Shown: positions 31,378 through 41,490 of the stretch, in pieces
Position numbering within the stretch: the first letter of the stretch is position 1
How the letters are laid out: each line of letters begins with the position of its first letter
Assembly: GCA_965249485.1 (NCBI GenBank)
Contig: OZ252239.1
Coordinates: 672,001 to 736,000, forward strand
Source of the DNA: a bacterium
GTDB lineage: Bacteria; SM23-31
Length of the DNA stretch: 64,000 bases
Reading direction: 5' to 3'
Program-made: the position numbers and the translations under genes
The notes under the pieces: model-generated
What the model was told of the DNA's origin: nothing
The model's database searches: none
What the model saw: only the letters and a program-made list of their open reading frames with translations

Positions 31378-31540
31378 ATTCCGCTCTAATCTGTTTAACA
31401 AGCTGCTTCACTTAAATTTTCCCTCAAGTAAAATAATCACCCTCAAAGGGAATTATTTTCCCTTCACAGAGCAAAACAGAATACACAACTCAAATCATAA
31501 AATACGGTTATTATTATAGTTATGGTATCCTTTTGTAATC

Positions 31541-31555
31541 TGGCATGTCCTTTGC
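31541..31555 (+). promoter_or_regulatory. sigma54 -24/-12 promoter of the small Cys/His protein
   Basis: TGGCAT-GTCCT-TTGC; phased CCCT repeats and a palindrome at 31417-31466. Confidence 0.6.
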
Positions 31556-31593
31556 CTTATTGGTAAGAAAACCAATAAATGGGGACGAGTGGT

Positions 31594-31776
31594 ATGTGCG
31601 ATCATAAAAATATAAAGTATTTAGGAATTCAGAAAACGAAAGAGCGAGGTAAAAAATTATACCTCTATAATTGTCTCAATTGCCATACAACAATAGCACT
31701 CGATAAAAAACAGGTTCCACATCGGAAAGGGAAGCCGAAATCGGTGATTAGTATGCAGCAAGTTATCTACAAATAA
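31594..31776 (+). CDS. Small basic protein with CxH and CxxC (possible zinc ribbon)
   Basis: MCDH...YNCLNCH; has its own promoter. Start 31594 or 31579. Confidence 0.6.
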   Translation: MCDHKNIKYLGIQKTKERGKKLYLYNCLNCHTTIALDKKQVPHRKGKPKSVISMQQVIYK

Positions 31777-31955
31777 ATGCTTCATCATAAATCTGCATTA
31801 CTCAATTCTCACTCTTTTATTACAAGTCATAGTGTCTTCCAAAAATTCAATTGAATTTGACACAGTATTCTTGTAAGATTAGTCGGTTAAAATTGTCGAT
31901 ACGAATGAATTAATCAGGATTTTCAATAATCTGCTAATCATTTAAAGAATAATTA

Positions 31956-32804
31956 ATGTTACTCGCTTACATTACGCTTGGCGGCCGGATAGTGTTTCTC
32001 GGATTGGAGCGCATTCTGGTCAAAAAACTTGGAACAGGCGCAGACAGCGTCAGTACGGCCTTTATATTTATAGGACTATCTCCGTTTTATCTCGCCTATT
32101 TTGCAATTCCGCATCTTGCTTATTATCCGCAGTTGTGGCTCATTTTTATCAGCGGAATCGTGTATGCACTGGCATTTATTCTCTATTCAAAATCGCTCTC
32201 AACTGGAGATGCATCGCTTGTCAGTCCGCTTTACAACTTCAATGTATTATTTCTACTGATAATTTCTAATATCTTTCTCGATGAGCCGATAACACTCCTC
32301 AAAATAGCTGGGATTCTTCTCATGGTGTACGGAATATCATATCTCAACAAACAACCCAACATACTTAAATCGCTTCAGGCTGTCATCTACGATGACGCAT
32401 GCAGAATGATGATTATTAGTTCATTATTAATTGCCGTAGGGCGAATTATTGACGGTTACTCAGTTCGAACGGTACCGCCGGTCCTCTATGGTTTTGCTGT
32501 AGATGTTGCTATGGCAGGGTATCTGTTTCTTTTTCTCGTTCTGCAGAAAAAACTTCCGAATGTCAAGGCGCTTTTTCTGAAAAAACCGGTACTCTCACTT
32601 TCTATCGGTGCAGTATCTGCAGGCTCTTATTTTTGTTTGCTCTACGCATTCTCAAAAATGGACGTAAGTATTGTAGAGCCGACATCGATGCTGAGCATGA
32701 TCATTACGGTTGTTCTAGCCCGGATATTGTTAAAAGAAATCATCAGTAACCGGATAATCGGTGTTCTCATAATGTTGGCTGGCGCGTTGCTGCTTTTTAT
32801 ATAA
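31956..32804 (+). CDS. DMT/EamA-family transporter
   Basis: Two EamA repeats (ASLVSPL...FLDE; VSIVEP...LLKE...G), about 10 TM segments. Confidence 0.9.
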   Translation: MLLAYITLGGRIVFLGLERILVKKLGTGADSVSTAFIFIGLSPFYLAYFAIPHLAYYPQLWLIFISGIVYALAFILYSKSLSTGDASLVSPLYNFNVLFLLIISNIFLDEPITLLKIAGILLMVYGISYLNKQPNILKSLQAVIYDDACRMMIISSLLIAVGRIIDGYSVRTVPPVLYGFAVDVAMAGYLFLFLVLQKKLPNVKALFLKKPVLSLSIGAVSAGSYFCLLYAFSKMDVSIVEPTSMLSMIITVVLARILLKEIISNRIIGVLIMLAGALLLFI

Positions 32805-32901
32805 ATGGTCCAAACAGTTATAGAACTTTGTATATTGAGATATTTTTATATTATATTCGAGATACGAACCGCCTTATAACAGGTTTATCTAAGGGATTCA
32901 C

Positions 32902-33378
32902 ATGAAAAATACGTGGATTGGCGAAGTAGATTCACTGCACATCGCAGCGAATAATGGAGTATCCACTTCCTCGGTTAATGAAATCCGGGTCATTCCCGGT
33001 AAGGGCATAGAAGGAGATCGACATTTCATGTCGGACGGGTATGATGATCCCCGCTATAAACCGGAACGCAAGATCACATTTATTGAGATCGAAGCGGTCG
33101 CAGCCTTGCACCGCGACTATAACACACAGATCGATCCAGGTGAATTGCACAGGAATATCGTCACGAAAGGCGTACCGCTCAACTATCTTGTCAATAAAGA
33201 GTTCATGGTGGGAGATGTATCGTATCGTGGTATAGACTTCTGTAAGTCATGCAGTCATCTGGGAGGACCTACCGGTCAGCACGTTTACGAAGGGCTCATC
33301 TATCGTGGTGGTCTGCGAGCGCAGATTCTCAATGAAGGCACGATCCTGCCTAGCGATAGAATCAAGCCAAATAGATAA
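32902..33378 (+). CDS. MOSC-domain protein
   Basis: GIEGDRH, RNIVT.G..LN.L, CxxC.HL, RGGLRA.IL..G.I. Confidence 0.88.
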   Translation: MKNTWIGEVDSLHIAANNGVSTSSVNEIRVIPGKGIEGDRHFMSDGYDDPRYKPERKITFIEIEAVAALHRDYNTQIDPGELHRNIVTKGVPLNYLVNKEFMVGDVSYRGIDFCKSCSHLGGPTGQHVYEGLIYRGGLRAQILNEGTILPSDRIKPNR

Positions 33379-33452
33379 TTGTTTTAGTTCTTGGCAGTAT
33401 TATATGCATGCCAAACATGTCATGAGGACGATCACCCAAATCTTCTTCAGTT

Positions 33453-34376
33453 TTAACCAATTGTCAATCGCTGGAATTTAACGATTTTAACGTGCTTAAT
33501 TTTCTCCTGAATTGGGCAGCAAAATAACCATGTAAGTTCGGATAATGCTCCGGTTTTCATACCCTGAACTCTGATACTTTTTACGTAGTTCCCTGCGGTT
33601 TCTCTCAGCTCATCGCTTGACATCGACAAGTCTGAAACGACTGACTCGATGACCGGATCTTTGAGGACTGTCTCCGGCATAGCATATGATTCTTCCAGAA
33701 CTGACACGTCCTCGAATCCGGCTGTGCGGATTGATGCAAGGTAATTATCCTTCAATTCCGCACCTGCTATACAACCGACATATGCTGCGGCAGAAGATTT
33801 TAACCGCTCCGGCAGCTCCTGAAGCAAAACGATATCGGATACCATGAGCCTGCCCCCTGGCTTTAGGACTCTGAATGCTTCACCGAACACCGCTGGTTTA
33901 TCGGGCGACAGGTTGATAACACAATTAGAAATAATCACGTCAACCGAGTTATCAGCAATCGGTAAATGTTCAATTTCTCCCAGTCGGAATTCCACATTTT
34001 GGAAGTTTCCTTTATTGGCATTTTCACGTGCCTTATCGAGCATATCTGACGTCATGTCGACACCGATTACTTTTCCGGATTTGCCGACCTGCTGAGCCGC
34101 AAGAAAACAGTCAAAACCCGCACCTGAGCCGAGATCGAGAACCGTTTCACCTTCCTGAAGTGAAGCTACAGCCGTCGGATTTCCACAGCCAAGCCCCAAA
34201 TTTGCCCCTTCTGGAACAGAACTCATTTCTTCAGATGAATACCCGATGTGTTTCCCAATTTCTACTGCCTGATTATCATCACTGCTGCACGATGATTTTG
34301 GTCCGCAGCAGCTTGAACCTGTTTGCGCAATTTCACCGTAACTTTCACGCACTAATTTTTTTGTATCCTCGGACAT
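33453..34376 (-). CDS. arsM: Arsenite methyltransferase, canonical prokaryotic type
   Basis: SCCG, LGLGCGNP, LDLGSGAGFDC, SNCVINL, VGCIAGA. Confidence 0.93.
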   Translation of the reverse strand: MSEDTKKLVRESYGEIAQTGSSCCGPKSSCSSDDNQAVEIGKHIGYSSEEMSSVPEGANLGLGCGNPTAVASLQEGETVLDLGSGAGFDCFLAAQQVGKSGKVIGVDMTSDMLDKARENANKGNFQNVEFRLGEIEHLPIADNSVDVIISNCVINLSPDKPAVFGEAFRVLKPGGRLMVSDIVLLQELPERLKSSAAAYVGCIAGAELKDNYLASIRTAGFEDVSVLEESYAMPETVLKDPVIESVVSDLSMSSDELRETAGNYVKSIRVQGMKTGALSELTWLFCCPIQEKIKHVKIVKFQRLTIG

Positions 34377-34380
34377 TACT

Positions 34381-34662
34381 CTAATCTCCTGAATTAAAGT
34401 TAAAATTCATTAAAGGACCGAGTGCAGCTCCTACAGTACCCGAAAGCTCCCGAACGGGAACCATTGAGAAGCAGCAAATTTTATCTTCCTTTTCCCAGCT
34501 AATGAGCGCAATTTTATCCCCCGGATTCAATCCTGCGCGGTTCCGAATATCCTTCGGCAGGCACACCATTCCTCGCTCGTCGAGCGTCAAAACAGACTCG
34601 ATTGAACAGCATGCGCACGATTGTTCCTTATCCTGTGCAGTTGTTTGTTTTTCTTGTGTCAT
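34381..34662 (-). CDS. AbrB/MazE-fold Cys-rich protein resembling HgcAB-associated protein HgcC
   Basis: CACCSIESVLTLDERG...LPKDIR..AG...GDK.AL.SW......CC; AAAGGA SD before ATG 34662. Confidence 0.8.
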   Translation of the reverse strand: MTQEKQTTAQDKEQSCACCSIESVLTLDERGMVCLPKDIRNRAGLNPGDKIALISWEKEDKICCFSMVPVRELSGTVGAALGPLMNFNFNSGD

Positions 34663-34708
34663 TTTTATCCTTTTCACAACGAAAATTCATTATTAGTAAA
34701 AACAAGTA

Positions 34709-34754
34709 TATTTGTAATTACAAATAATATAGCATTATGATATTTACTTGTCAA
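34709..34754 (-). promoter_or_regulatory. sigma70 promoter and 18-bp palindromic operator of the hgcC-like/arsM unit
   Basis: TTGACA (34754-34749), 17 bp, TATATT (34731-34726); perfect palindrome TATTTGTAATTACAAATA at 34709-34726. Confidence 0.65.
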
Positions 34755-35063
34755 GGTTTATTTAGATAACACAAAAAATGTAGACAATATTCAATTCCAT
34801 GCCGGTTTCTTACTGGGATTCCAGTCGAAATTGCATTCCGTTTCGCACTACGGAGTAAACCCTTACCATTATTGCAAGAAGCGAAACAGAATTGCAATCT
34901 CTGTGAACATAATCTAAATCAGATTTGAGCAGTGCTGAAATGTAATATAACGAAAAAGGTATTTGGTGATATAAACGAATGAGGTTGCCCGGAAATTCGC
35001 TTGCATAAATGGACAGCAATGGCTATTTTTTAACAGTAATTTTTCTTAAATGGGATAGGAATT

Positions 35064-36203
35064 ATGAACTGGATATATTTTGTTGCCGGACTTGTTATCG
35101 GAATTGCTGCTGCGATAATATGGAAATCACGACAGGAAAAATCGGTCGGTAATTTTACCGATAAAGTTATTGAAGAAGTTAAGGCGAAATTCGGAGACCT
35201 TTCGCTCGATGCACTCCAGAAGTTTATCACTATGGCTGATTCGAAGCTCAAATCCGAACGGGAATTGGGAGTTCAGGAGCTCAATAAGAAAAAGGGATTG
35301 ATTGACCAGCAGCTCAGTACTATGACGAATGAGCTTGAAAAAGTTGCCAAGCTCATGGAAGGGCTGGAAAAAGACAGAGAACAGAAATTTGGGGAGCTGA
35401 CGAATCAGCTTAAAAATACAGGTGAACAAACAGCAAAACTGACCGAAGTAACGGGTAAATTGCGGGAAAGTCTTGCGAGCGAAAAAACCCGCGGACAGTG
35501 GGGGGAGCGGATGGCAGAAGACATCCTCAGGATGGCGGGATTTGTCGAAAATATGAACTATACCAAACAGAAAGCTATCAATGAAGGGCAGTCGAGACCC
35601 GATTTTACCTTCTTTCTGCCGCGTGACCTCAAAGTGAATATGGATGTCAAATTTCCTTACTCGAATTATGTCCGCTACATAGAAACCGATACGGAATCAG
35701 AAACAGATAAAAATGCCTACAAAGACAAGTTTTTAAAAGATGTAAAAAACCGGGTTAAAGAGGTCGCAACGAGTGACTATATCAATCCCGAGCAGAATAC
35801 GGTCGATTATGTGCTGATGTTTATACCAAACGAACAAATTTATACCTTCATTTACGAACAGGACAGCTCTGTTTTCGATAATGCACTCAAAGAGAGGGTT
35901 GTCATTTGTTCGCCGATTACTCTGTTTGCAGTACTTTCAATTATCCGGCAGGCGGTCGACAATTTTGCCTTTGAGCAGCGGTCGAACGAGATTCTTTCAC
36001 TTTTAGGAACATTCAAAATACAGTGGGGAAAATTTATTGATAAAATGGAAATGGTCGGTAAGCGGATTAAAGATGCCCAGAAGGAGTTCGACGACCTGAC
36101 ATCGACACGAAAACGGCAACTTGACCGTCCGCTTGACAAGTTGGACTCAATCAGATCCCAGCGGGAGCTACCATTAGCCCCAAATGATTCTATCGACGAT
36201 TAA
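35064..36203 (+). CDS. rmuC: DNA recombination protein RmuC
   Basis: N-terminal TM plus coiled coil, RGQWGE, RPD...LP, D.KFP, MFIPNE, SPITL. Confidence 0.93.
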   Translation: MNWIYFVAGLVIGIAAAIIWKSRQEKSVGNFTDKVIEEVKAKFGDLSLDALQKFITMADSKLKSERELGVQELNKKKGLIDQQLSTMTNELEKVAKLMEGLEKDREQKFGELTNQLKNTGEQTAKLTEVTGKLRESLASEKTRGQWGERMAEDILRMAGFVENMNYTKQKAINEGQSRPDFTFFLPRDLKVNMDVKFPYSNYVRYIETDTESETDKNAYKDKFLKDVKNRVKEVATSDYINPEQNTVDYVLMFIPNEQIYTFIYEQDSSVFDNALKERVVICSPITLFAVLSIIRQAVDNFAFEQRSNEILSLLGTFKIQWGKFIDKMEMVGKRIKDAQKEFDDLTSTRKRQLDRPLDKLDSIRSQRELPLAPNDSIDD

Positions 36204-36239
36204 ACGCCATAGCATGATATTGATTCGGAATTGACAATT

Positions 36240-37100
36240 TCACGTCATCGACCGGCCGTCGATAGCAATGCCTGCAGCAATCCGTTCTATTGCCATTACA
36301 AGAAGAGAATAAAGGTCGGAATTTTTACGATAGTCGGTCGAGGCGAAGTGCGACACCCGGTTCTCCTCGGAAAACTTCCACGCACGAACCCACCGTTCCC
36401 GCCGGTTTTTATCGTAGACTGCTAATGGTATCCCCCCGTACTTTTTCACCAGCGAAAAACAAGGAACATCGGTATAACCATCTCCTACAAAAATCATTCG
36501 GGTAAACGGAATTGAGTATGCCTCCGGCTCTAGCTTTTTATTCACCTCAAACGGTTTCCCTGAATAATCATCTCCGGTTATCCCTTTCGATATCTGGAAT
36601 AGATAGCGGGTCTTATCGGTAAAGCCGATGATACTCTTGGGAAAATGAATCTCCTCTTGTTCTCCGTTATAAAGCAGCTTATTACCCCAGGCCGCAGTCA
36701 GGTGTTTGCGGATGCTCGAGGCCTGCACGATTTCATCCAGACCGGAGCTGATCACGAAAAACTCAAGATTGACGCTGATCTGTTTTTCAGCACTGATTTT
36801 CTGAACTTCTTGATTAAGATTCGCAAACAATCCCTGGACCCCCTTGTAGTAGGAAATTGATTTTCCAAATTCAATCAGAGACTGCTTTGTTATTCTTTTA
36901 TCCGGTGGCCGCGATCTGGACAGTTCGATCAGACTATATATATATGCCGTGACCGGATCCCATCCGTCTTCCACGATTGGATCGACTGTTTCGTGCCAAA
37001 ACGTTGGGACATCTACCCCAATGTGCTTCAGATATCCGGTTGTACTGTCCGGCGTCAGCGTATCATCAAAATCAAAGATAACAGCAATAGTGTTATTCAA
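36240..37100 (-). CDS. HAD-superfamily hydrolase
   Basis: FDFDDTL motif I, ISSG, VGDGYTDVPC motif IV. Confidence 0.88.
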   Translation of the reverse strand: MNNTIAVIFDFDDTLTPDSTTGYLKHIGVDVPTFWHETVDPIVEDGWDPVTAYIYSLIELSRSRPPDKRITKQSLIEFGKSISYYKGVQGLFANLNQEVQKISAEKQISVNLEFFVISSGLDEIVQASSIRKHLTAAWGNKLLYNGEQEEIHFPKSIIGFTDKTRYLFQISKGITGDDYSGKPFEVNKKLEPEAYSIPFTRMIFVGDGYTDVPCFSLVKKYGGIPLAVYDKNRRERWVRAWKFSEENRVSHFASTDYRKNSDLYSLLVMAIERIAAGIAIDGRSMT

Positions 37101-37144
37101 TTATCCGCCAATAGTGTTGTTAACATAAAAACAAATAATTTCTC

Positions 37145-38032
37145 TTATTTAAACAGAGCAATATAATCGTCATAATATTTTTTTACTCCTTCGGCAGGGT
37201 CCATATCATGAAGTTCATATTCGGTTGAAATGTCGCCTTTGTAGCCTGCGTTATCGAGCTGTTCTTCGATCCATGGAAAATCGATTTCGCCTTCACCGAA
37301 ATGCTGCATTTCATACCCGTCGCCAACCGGTTTGCAGTCCTTGACATGGACATGAACAATATGGTCGAACATAGTCAGCAGTGCTTCTTTATAATCGGTT
37401 GCAGTGTCGTGCATCAGATTGCCCGGTTCATAGATAATTCCGAAATAAGGAGACCCGACCTTTTCGGAAATTTCAACACATAATTCTGGTGTACCAGCAA
37501 TACCGCCACTGTGATTTTCAACTCCGAGGTACACACCCTTTTCCGCGGCATGCTCTGCCGATTTTTTAAACCAGGGAACGACAGTATTGATACTTTCCGG
37601 TTTGTCGTCGCCAGGCACAACACGCACCGTCCGTGATCCAAAAAAAGCAGCAAGATTGATAGCCCGTCTCATCTGTCTAAACTCTTCTTCCAGTTCTTCA
37701 GGATCAGTGCTTGAAAAACCGTATCTTGTGAAACGCTCAGGATTCTCTACTTCCCAATTATGAAATCCATATGCAATTCTGCGGCCGTCAAGTCCACCTC
37801 CGACATAAGTAGCGAGTCCTGCAATCAAAAGGTTGTGTTTGTCGGCTGTTTCTTTCAATGCTTCATGGTCGCATTCCTCGGGGAATAGTGTCAGGTGGAC
37901 TTTTTCGTGAACTTCAACTTTTCTGTAACCGGCAGCAGCGATAGCGGCAAAAGCTTCATCAGCAGTGCGGTCGTTGAGCGATATACTGCATGTAGAAAGT
38001 CGTGCAATATCCATAACAAAAACCTCATTCAT
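37145..38032 (-). CDS. Sugar-phosphate isomerase/epimerase (xylose isomerase-like TIM barrel)
   Basis: GVENH, PGN, HVHVKD, G.G.IDF, GY.G.IS.EYE. Confidence 0.85.
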   Translation of the reverse strand: MNEVFVMDIARLSTCSISLNDRTADEAFAAIAAAGYRKVEVHEKVHLTLFPEECDHEALKETADKHNLLIAGLATYVGGGLDGRRIAYGFHNWEVENPERFTRYGFSSTDPEELEEEFRQMRRAINLAAFFGSRTVRVVPGDDKPESINTVVPWFKKSAEHAAEKGVYLGVENHSGGIAGTPELCVEISEKVGSPYFGIIYEPGNLMHDTATDYKEALLTMFDHIVHVHVKDCKPVGDGYEMQHFGEGEIDFPWIEEQLDNAGYKGDISTEYELHDMDPAEGVKKYYDDYIALFK

Positions 38033-38134
38033 GTAACATTATTAATCGGTACAATTAAACGTAAATTTCAACTTCAAATCTATTCTTACTGAGCAATTTT
38101 AATAGCTTTCCTTGTAATCGGGGATGCATTCATG

Positions 38135-39418
38135 TCAATTAATATACCCAAACGCCCGCGGCAGAATTAACGTAATCTCCGGAATATAACTGATGATAAT
38201 CAGCGAGATAAACAATGCGATCAAAAACGGTATGAGCGGCTTAAAAATTGATTCAACCGGAATTTTACTAATACCACACGCAACATAGAGCGTGATACCG
38301 ACCGGGGGTGTTATCATGCCGAGACCAACATTTGTGATAATCAGAATCCCGAGATGGATCGGCTCCATACCAAGCTCAATACCCACCGGCACAAGAATCG
38401 GAAGCAGCACCACATACGCCGGCAGTGCGTCCATGATCATTCCAAGTGCAAGGAACACTACATTCACAAGAATCACAAATATCACCCAGTTGTCAGCATA
38501 CTGCACAATAATCTGCGCAATCGCATGCGGAATACGCTCAAGTGTCAGTACATATGAAAATATTACTGCCATCGACATCACCAACAGCACTACACCGGTC
38601 AGTGAAGCAGTATGAAGGAGCGCTTTCGGGATGTCAGGCAGTTTTAATTCTTTGTAGACAAAGAACGAGAGAATAAAACCATAGATAACAGCAATAGCAG
38701 ATGCTTCAGTCGGTGTGAAAATGCCACCGTAGATGCCACCAAGAATGATTAAAATCATTAGAATCGGAAAAAATCCGTCTAAACACAGCTTGATTTTCTG
38801 CTGAAGTGATATTTTAGGAGCGAGTGGGAGACCAAGTTTTTTAGCGTAAAACCATGTGAGAATAAAAAGTGCTGCCATATTTACCAATGCCGGCAGGATA
38901 CCCGCAGCAAATAGCCCCGCTATTGAAATATTTGCCACCACCCCGACAATGATCAGATCTATCGAGGGAGGCACCGTGGTTGTACCACCGCCTGCTGCTG
39001 CAAACAAACCAGTCGAAAAGGCAGATGGATATTTATTGCGCTCCATTTCCGGAAGCATTACCGACCCTATAGCCGCAGTCTTGGCACTCGACGAGCCGCA
39101 GATAGCGCCGAAAAAAGCGGTGGAAGTTATAGTCACCAATCCCAGGCCTCCCGGTATTCTCCCGACAAATACAAGAGACATATCGACAATCCTGCGCGCA
39201 ATACCACCATACGACATTATCGATCCCGCAAGAATGAACAATGGAATTGCAAGTAAAGGGAAAGAGTCCATTCCAGCGAGAAATTTTTGTGGAAGCAGAC
39301 TCAGGAATCCGGGATTAATATATATTATACCGGCAAAGGCAGCGACGCCAAGCGCCATACCCACCGGAACCGATAGCAGCAGGGTAAGGATTAAGACAAT
39401 AACAACGAGTATACCCAT
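38135..39418 (-). CDS. dctM: TRAP transporter large permease DctM
   Basis: LLAIPLFILAG, GSS.A.TAAIG, PPSI, FTPTEA, G.ITPPVG. Confidence 0.93.
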   Translation of the reverse strand: MGILVVIVLILTLLLSVPVGMALGVAAFAGIIYINPGFLSLLPQKFLAGMDSFPLLAIPLFILAGSIMSYGGIARRIVDMSLVFVGRIPGGLGLVTITSTAFFGAICGSSSAKTAAIGSVMLPEMERNKYPSAFSTGLFAAAGGGTTTVPPSIDLIIVGVVANISIAGLFAAGILPALVNMAALFILTWFYAKKLGLPLAPKISLQQKIKLCLDGFFPILMILIILGGIYGGIFTPTEASAIAVIYGFILSFFVYKELKLPDIPKALLHTASLTGVVLLVMSMAVIFSYVLTLERIPHAIAQIIVQYADNWVIFVILVNVVFLALGMIMDALPAYVVLLPILVPVGIELGMEPIHLGILIITNVGLGMITPPVGITLYVACGISKIPVESIFKPLIPFLIALFISLIIISYIPEITLILPRAFGYIN

Positions 39419-39483
39419 TTGAGCATCCTGTAGTAAACTTTATCTCGAATATACTATTGACGCAACAGCGGTATTGATTCTAT

Positions 39484-40449
39484 TCAATATGGAGACCATG
39501 ATGGCCAGGTATCATTATATGTGTTGTTAGTAATTCTTGTCTGGTGTGTTCCGTCTTTCCGCATAATATAGATCTCGTTATTTCCGTCCCGGCCGGTGAC
39601 GAATGCAATATGCTCACCATCGGGTGACCAATCGGCAAATTCGTTATAACCTGAACTGTTTGACAGATTCATATAGCCTGTTCCACCAATAGTAACGACA
39701 CAGATGTCCGCGTGGCCGTCATTATCGGCACTCCCGGCGGCATTTGAGTCAAAAGCGACATGTGTACCGTCCGGTGACCATGCGGGATAACCGTTATACG
39801 CTTCCATATCGGTAATCTGCCGCGATTCCGAACCATCAGTCTTTTGTATCCAAATCTGATTCCGACGAGGCTTGTCTGGATCGGCAAAACCAATATCACT
39901 TTCTGCCGATTCGGTGACGATCCATAATCCGTCCGGTGACCAAGAGGGAGAGAGATTGTCACGATCAAGGCCGGTTAAAACAGTTTCATGTGATCCATCA
40001 GGATCGATGGCATAAATCCTGCTTTTACCATCTCGATTGGAGTGATAAGCAATTTGAGAGCCGTCTGGTGACCACTTTGGTGATTGATCAGAATAGTCAT
40101 TATCTGTCAGCCGCATCAATCCCGTTCCGTTGGCATTAATCACGTAGAGTTCACGGTTCCCATCACGATCTGAAACAAATACAATCTTTGTACCGTCCGG
40201 CGACCAGTCGGGTGCGCCGTCAAACGCAGGATCGGTAGTCAATTGACTCAGTTCCATTCCGTCCGCAGTCATTGTATATACGTTAGAATTACCGTCTTGC
40301 ACCGACTGAAATGCGAGTTTGCCCTGAATAATCGGTGCTTCGCTGTGCGGTTTCTGCACACAACCGGAGATCAGAAACACTCCGAAGCTTATAACGAAAC
40401 TCAAATAAACCATTGGAGCCCTCTTTTCATAAAGAATCATTTTATTCAA
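39484..40449 (-). CDS. TolB-like PD40 beta-propeller lipoprotein
   Basis: Lipobox-like LISGC; repeated P.WSPDG..I.F.S.RDG units. Confidence 0.85.
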   Translation of the reverse strand: MNKMILYEKRAPMVYLSFVISFGVFLISGCVQKPHSEAPIIQGKLAFQSVQDGNSNVYTMTADGMELSQLTTDPAFDGAPDWSPDGTKIVFVSDRDGNRELYVINANGTGLMRLTDNDYSDQSPKWSPDGSQIAYHSNRDGKSRIYAIDPDGSHETVLTGLDRDNLSPSWSPDGLWIVTESAESDIGFADPDKPRRNQIWIQKTDGSESRQITDMEAYNGYPAWSPDGTHVAFDSNAAGSADNDGHADICVVTIGGTGYMNLSNSSGYNEFADWSPDGEHIAFVTGRDGNNEIYIMRKDGTHQTRITNNTYNDTWPSWSPY

Positions 40450-41490
40450 TCACCATACTATTTTCGTTTTCATCCAATACGATGTATTATGAAAATCCGT
40501 TACAACACTACCCGGCGGTACCAGTTCATCACACGCTTTCCGTAAATCGTCGGTAAGTGTCATCTCTGCAACGGGAAGTATATCCTCGAGATGCTGCATT
40601 GTACGCGGTCCCATGAGTGGAGCGGTAATTCCTGGTTGGTCTTTCACCCAGAGTACTGATAATTGCGCCGGTGTTATACCCGTTTCTTTTGCAATTTTAG
40701 CAAATTTGATACCTGTTTCAACACCTCTCTTCGTGACACGGTCTTTATAAAATCCACCCCGATATTCTGCCCGAGAGTCTTTCGGAAAGTTGGTCGCATC
40801 GGTGTAACGTCCTGCAAGGACACCCATAGCCATCGGCACATACGTTATAATTCCGACCCCATACCTCTGTGCCATCGGAATTAGCTCGTTCTCGATCCGA
40901 CGGTCGAGCAGGTTGTACGGCGACTGTTCGGTGGCAAAACGCTGGTAGCCGAACTCTTTACTGATCATAATTGATTCCATGACTTGCCACGAAGGGAATG
41001 TCGAACATCCGATATATCTGATTTTGCCTTGCTGAATAAGCGTATCAAGTGCACCCAACGTTTCATCGATCGGAACAACAGGATCGGGACGGTGCATAGA
41101 AACCAAATCAAGATAATCGGTTTGAAAATTGCGCAGAGAATTTTCACATGCACGGATGAGGTTATATCTCGAAAGGCCACACTTGTTAGTCAGCCTTGCG
41201 GGAGTTCCCTCATCAAGTGATGTACCCGGTACGCTCATACCGTGGTCATATTTCGTCGAAATCAGCACGTCGTGGCGACGCCCACTTGCTTTCAGTGCTC
41301 TTCCTAACATTTTTTCCGCTTCACCACCGGCATAAATATCGCCGGTGTCGAGAAAGTTAACACCCACATCTAATGCGCGGTTGAGCATTTCAGTCGACTC
41401 TTTTTCAGGTGTAGGATCGAGAAAGTTATCTGTTCCAAATGCTATACATGAAACTTCCATTCCCGTACGGCCGAGTGATCTGTATTCCAT
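40450..41490 (-). CDS. Aldo/keto reductase
   Basis: LGRTG..VS, LDTGDIY, ISTK, DYLDL..MH, GKIRYIGCS, Q.PYNLL.R. Confidence 0.93.
   Translation of the reverse strand: MEYRSLGRTGMEVSCIAFGTDNFLDPTPEKESTEMLNRALDVGVNFLDTGDIYAGGEAEKMLGRALKASGRRHDVLISTKYDHGMSVPGTSLDEGTPARLTNKCGLSRYNLIRACENSLRNFQTDYLDLVSMHRPDPVVPIDETLGALDTLIQQGKIRYIGCSTFPSWQVMESIMISKEFGYQRFATEQSPYNLLDRRIENELIPMAQRYGVGIITYVPMAMGVLAGRYTDATNFPKDSRAEYRGGFYKDRVTKRGVETGIKFAKIAKETGITPAQLSVLWVKDQPGITAPLMGPRTMQHLEDILPVAEMTLTDDLRKACDELVPPGSVVTDFHNTSYWMKTKIVW

Noticed and set aside
33391..33414. TTGGCA...TGCCAA inverted repeat resembling a sigma54 promoter
   Set aside because: GG-to-GC spacing is off by one and it lies between convergent gene ends.
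33453..33560. About 30-aa C-terminal extension of the second ArsM containing CC
   Set aside because: Could be stop-codon loss or an indel; cannot be told apart from a real As-binding tail without homologues.
34381..34662. AbrB/MazE protein as a toxin-antitoxin antitoxin
   Set aside because: The downstream gene is arsM, not a toxin, and the Cys clusters fit the HgcC-like family.
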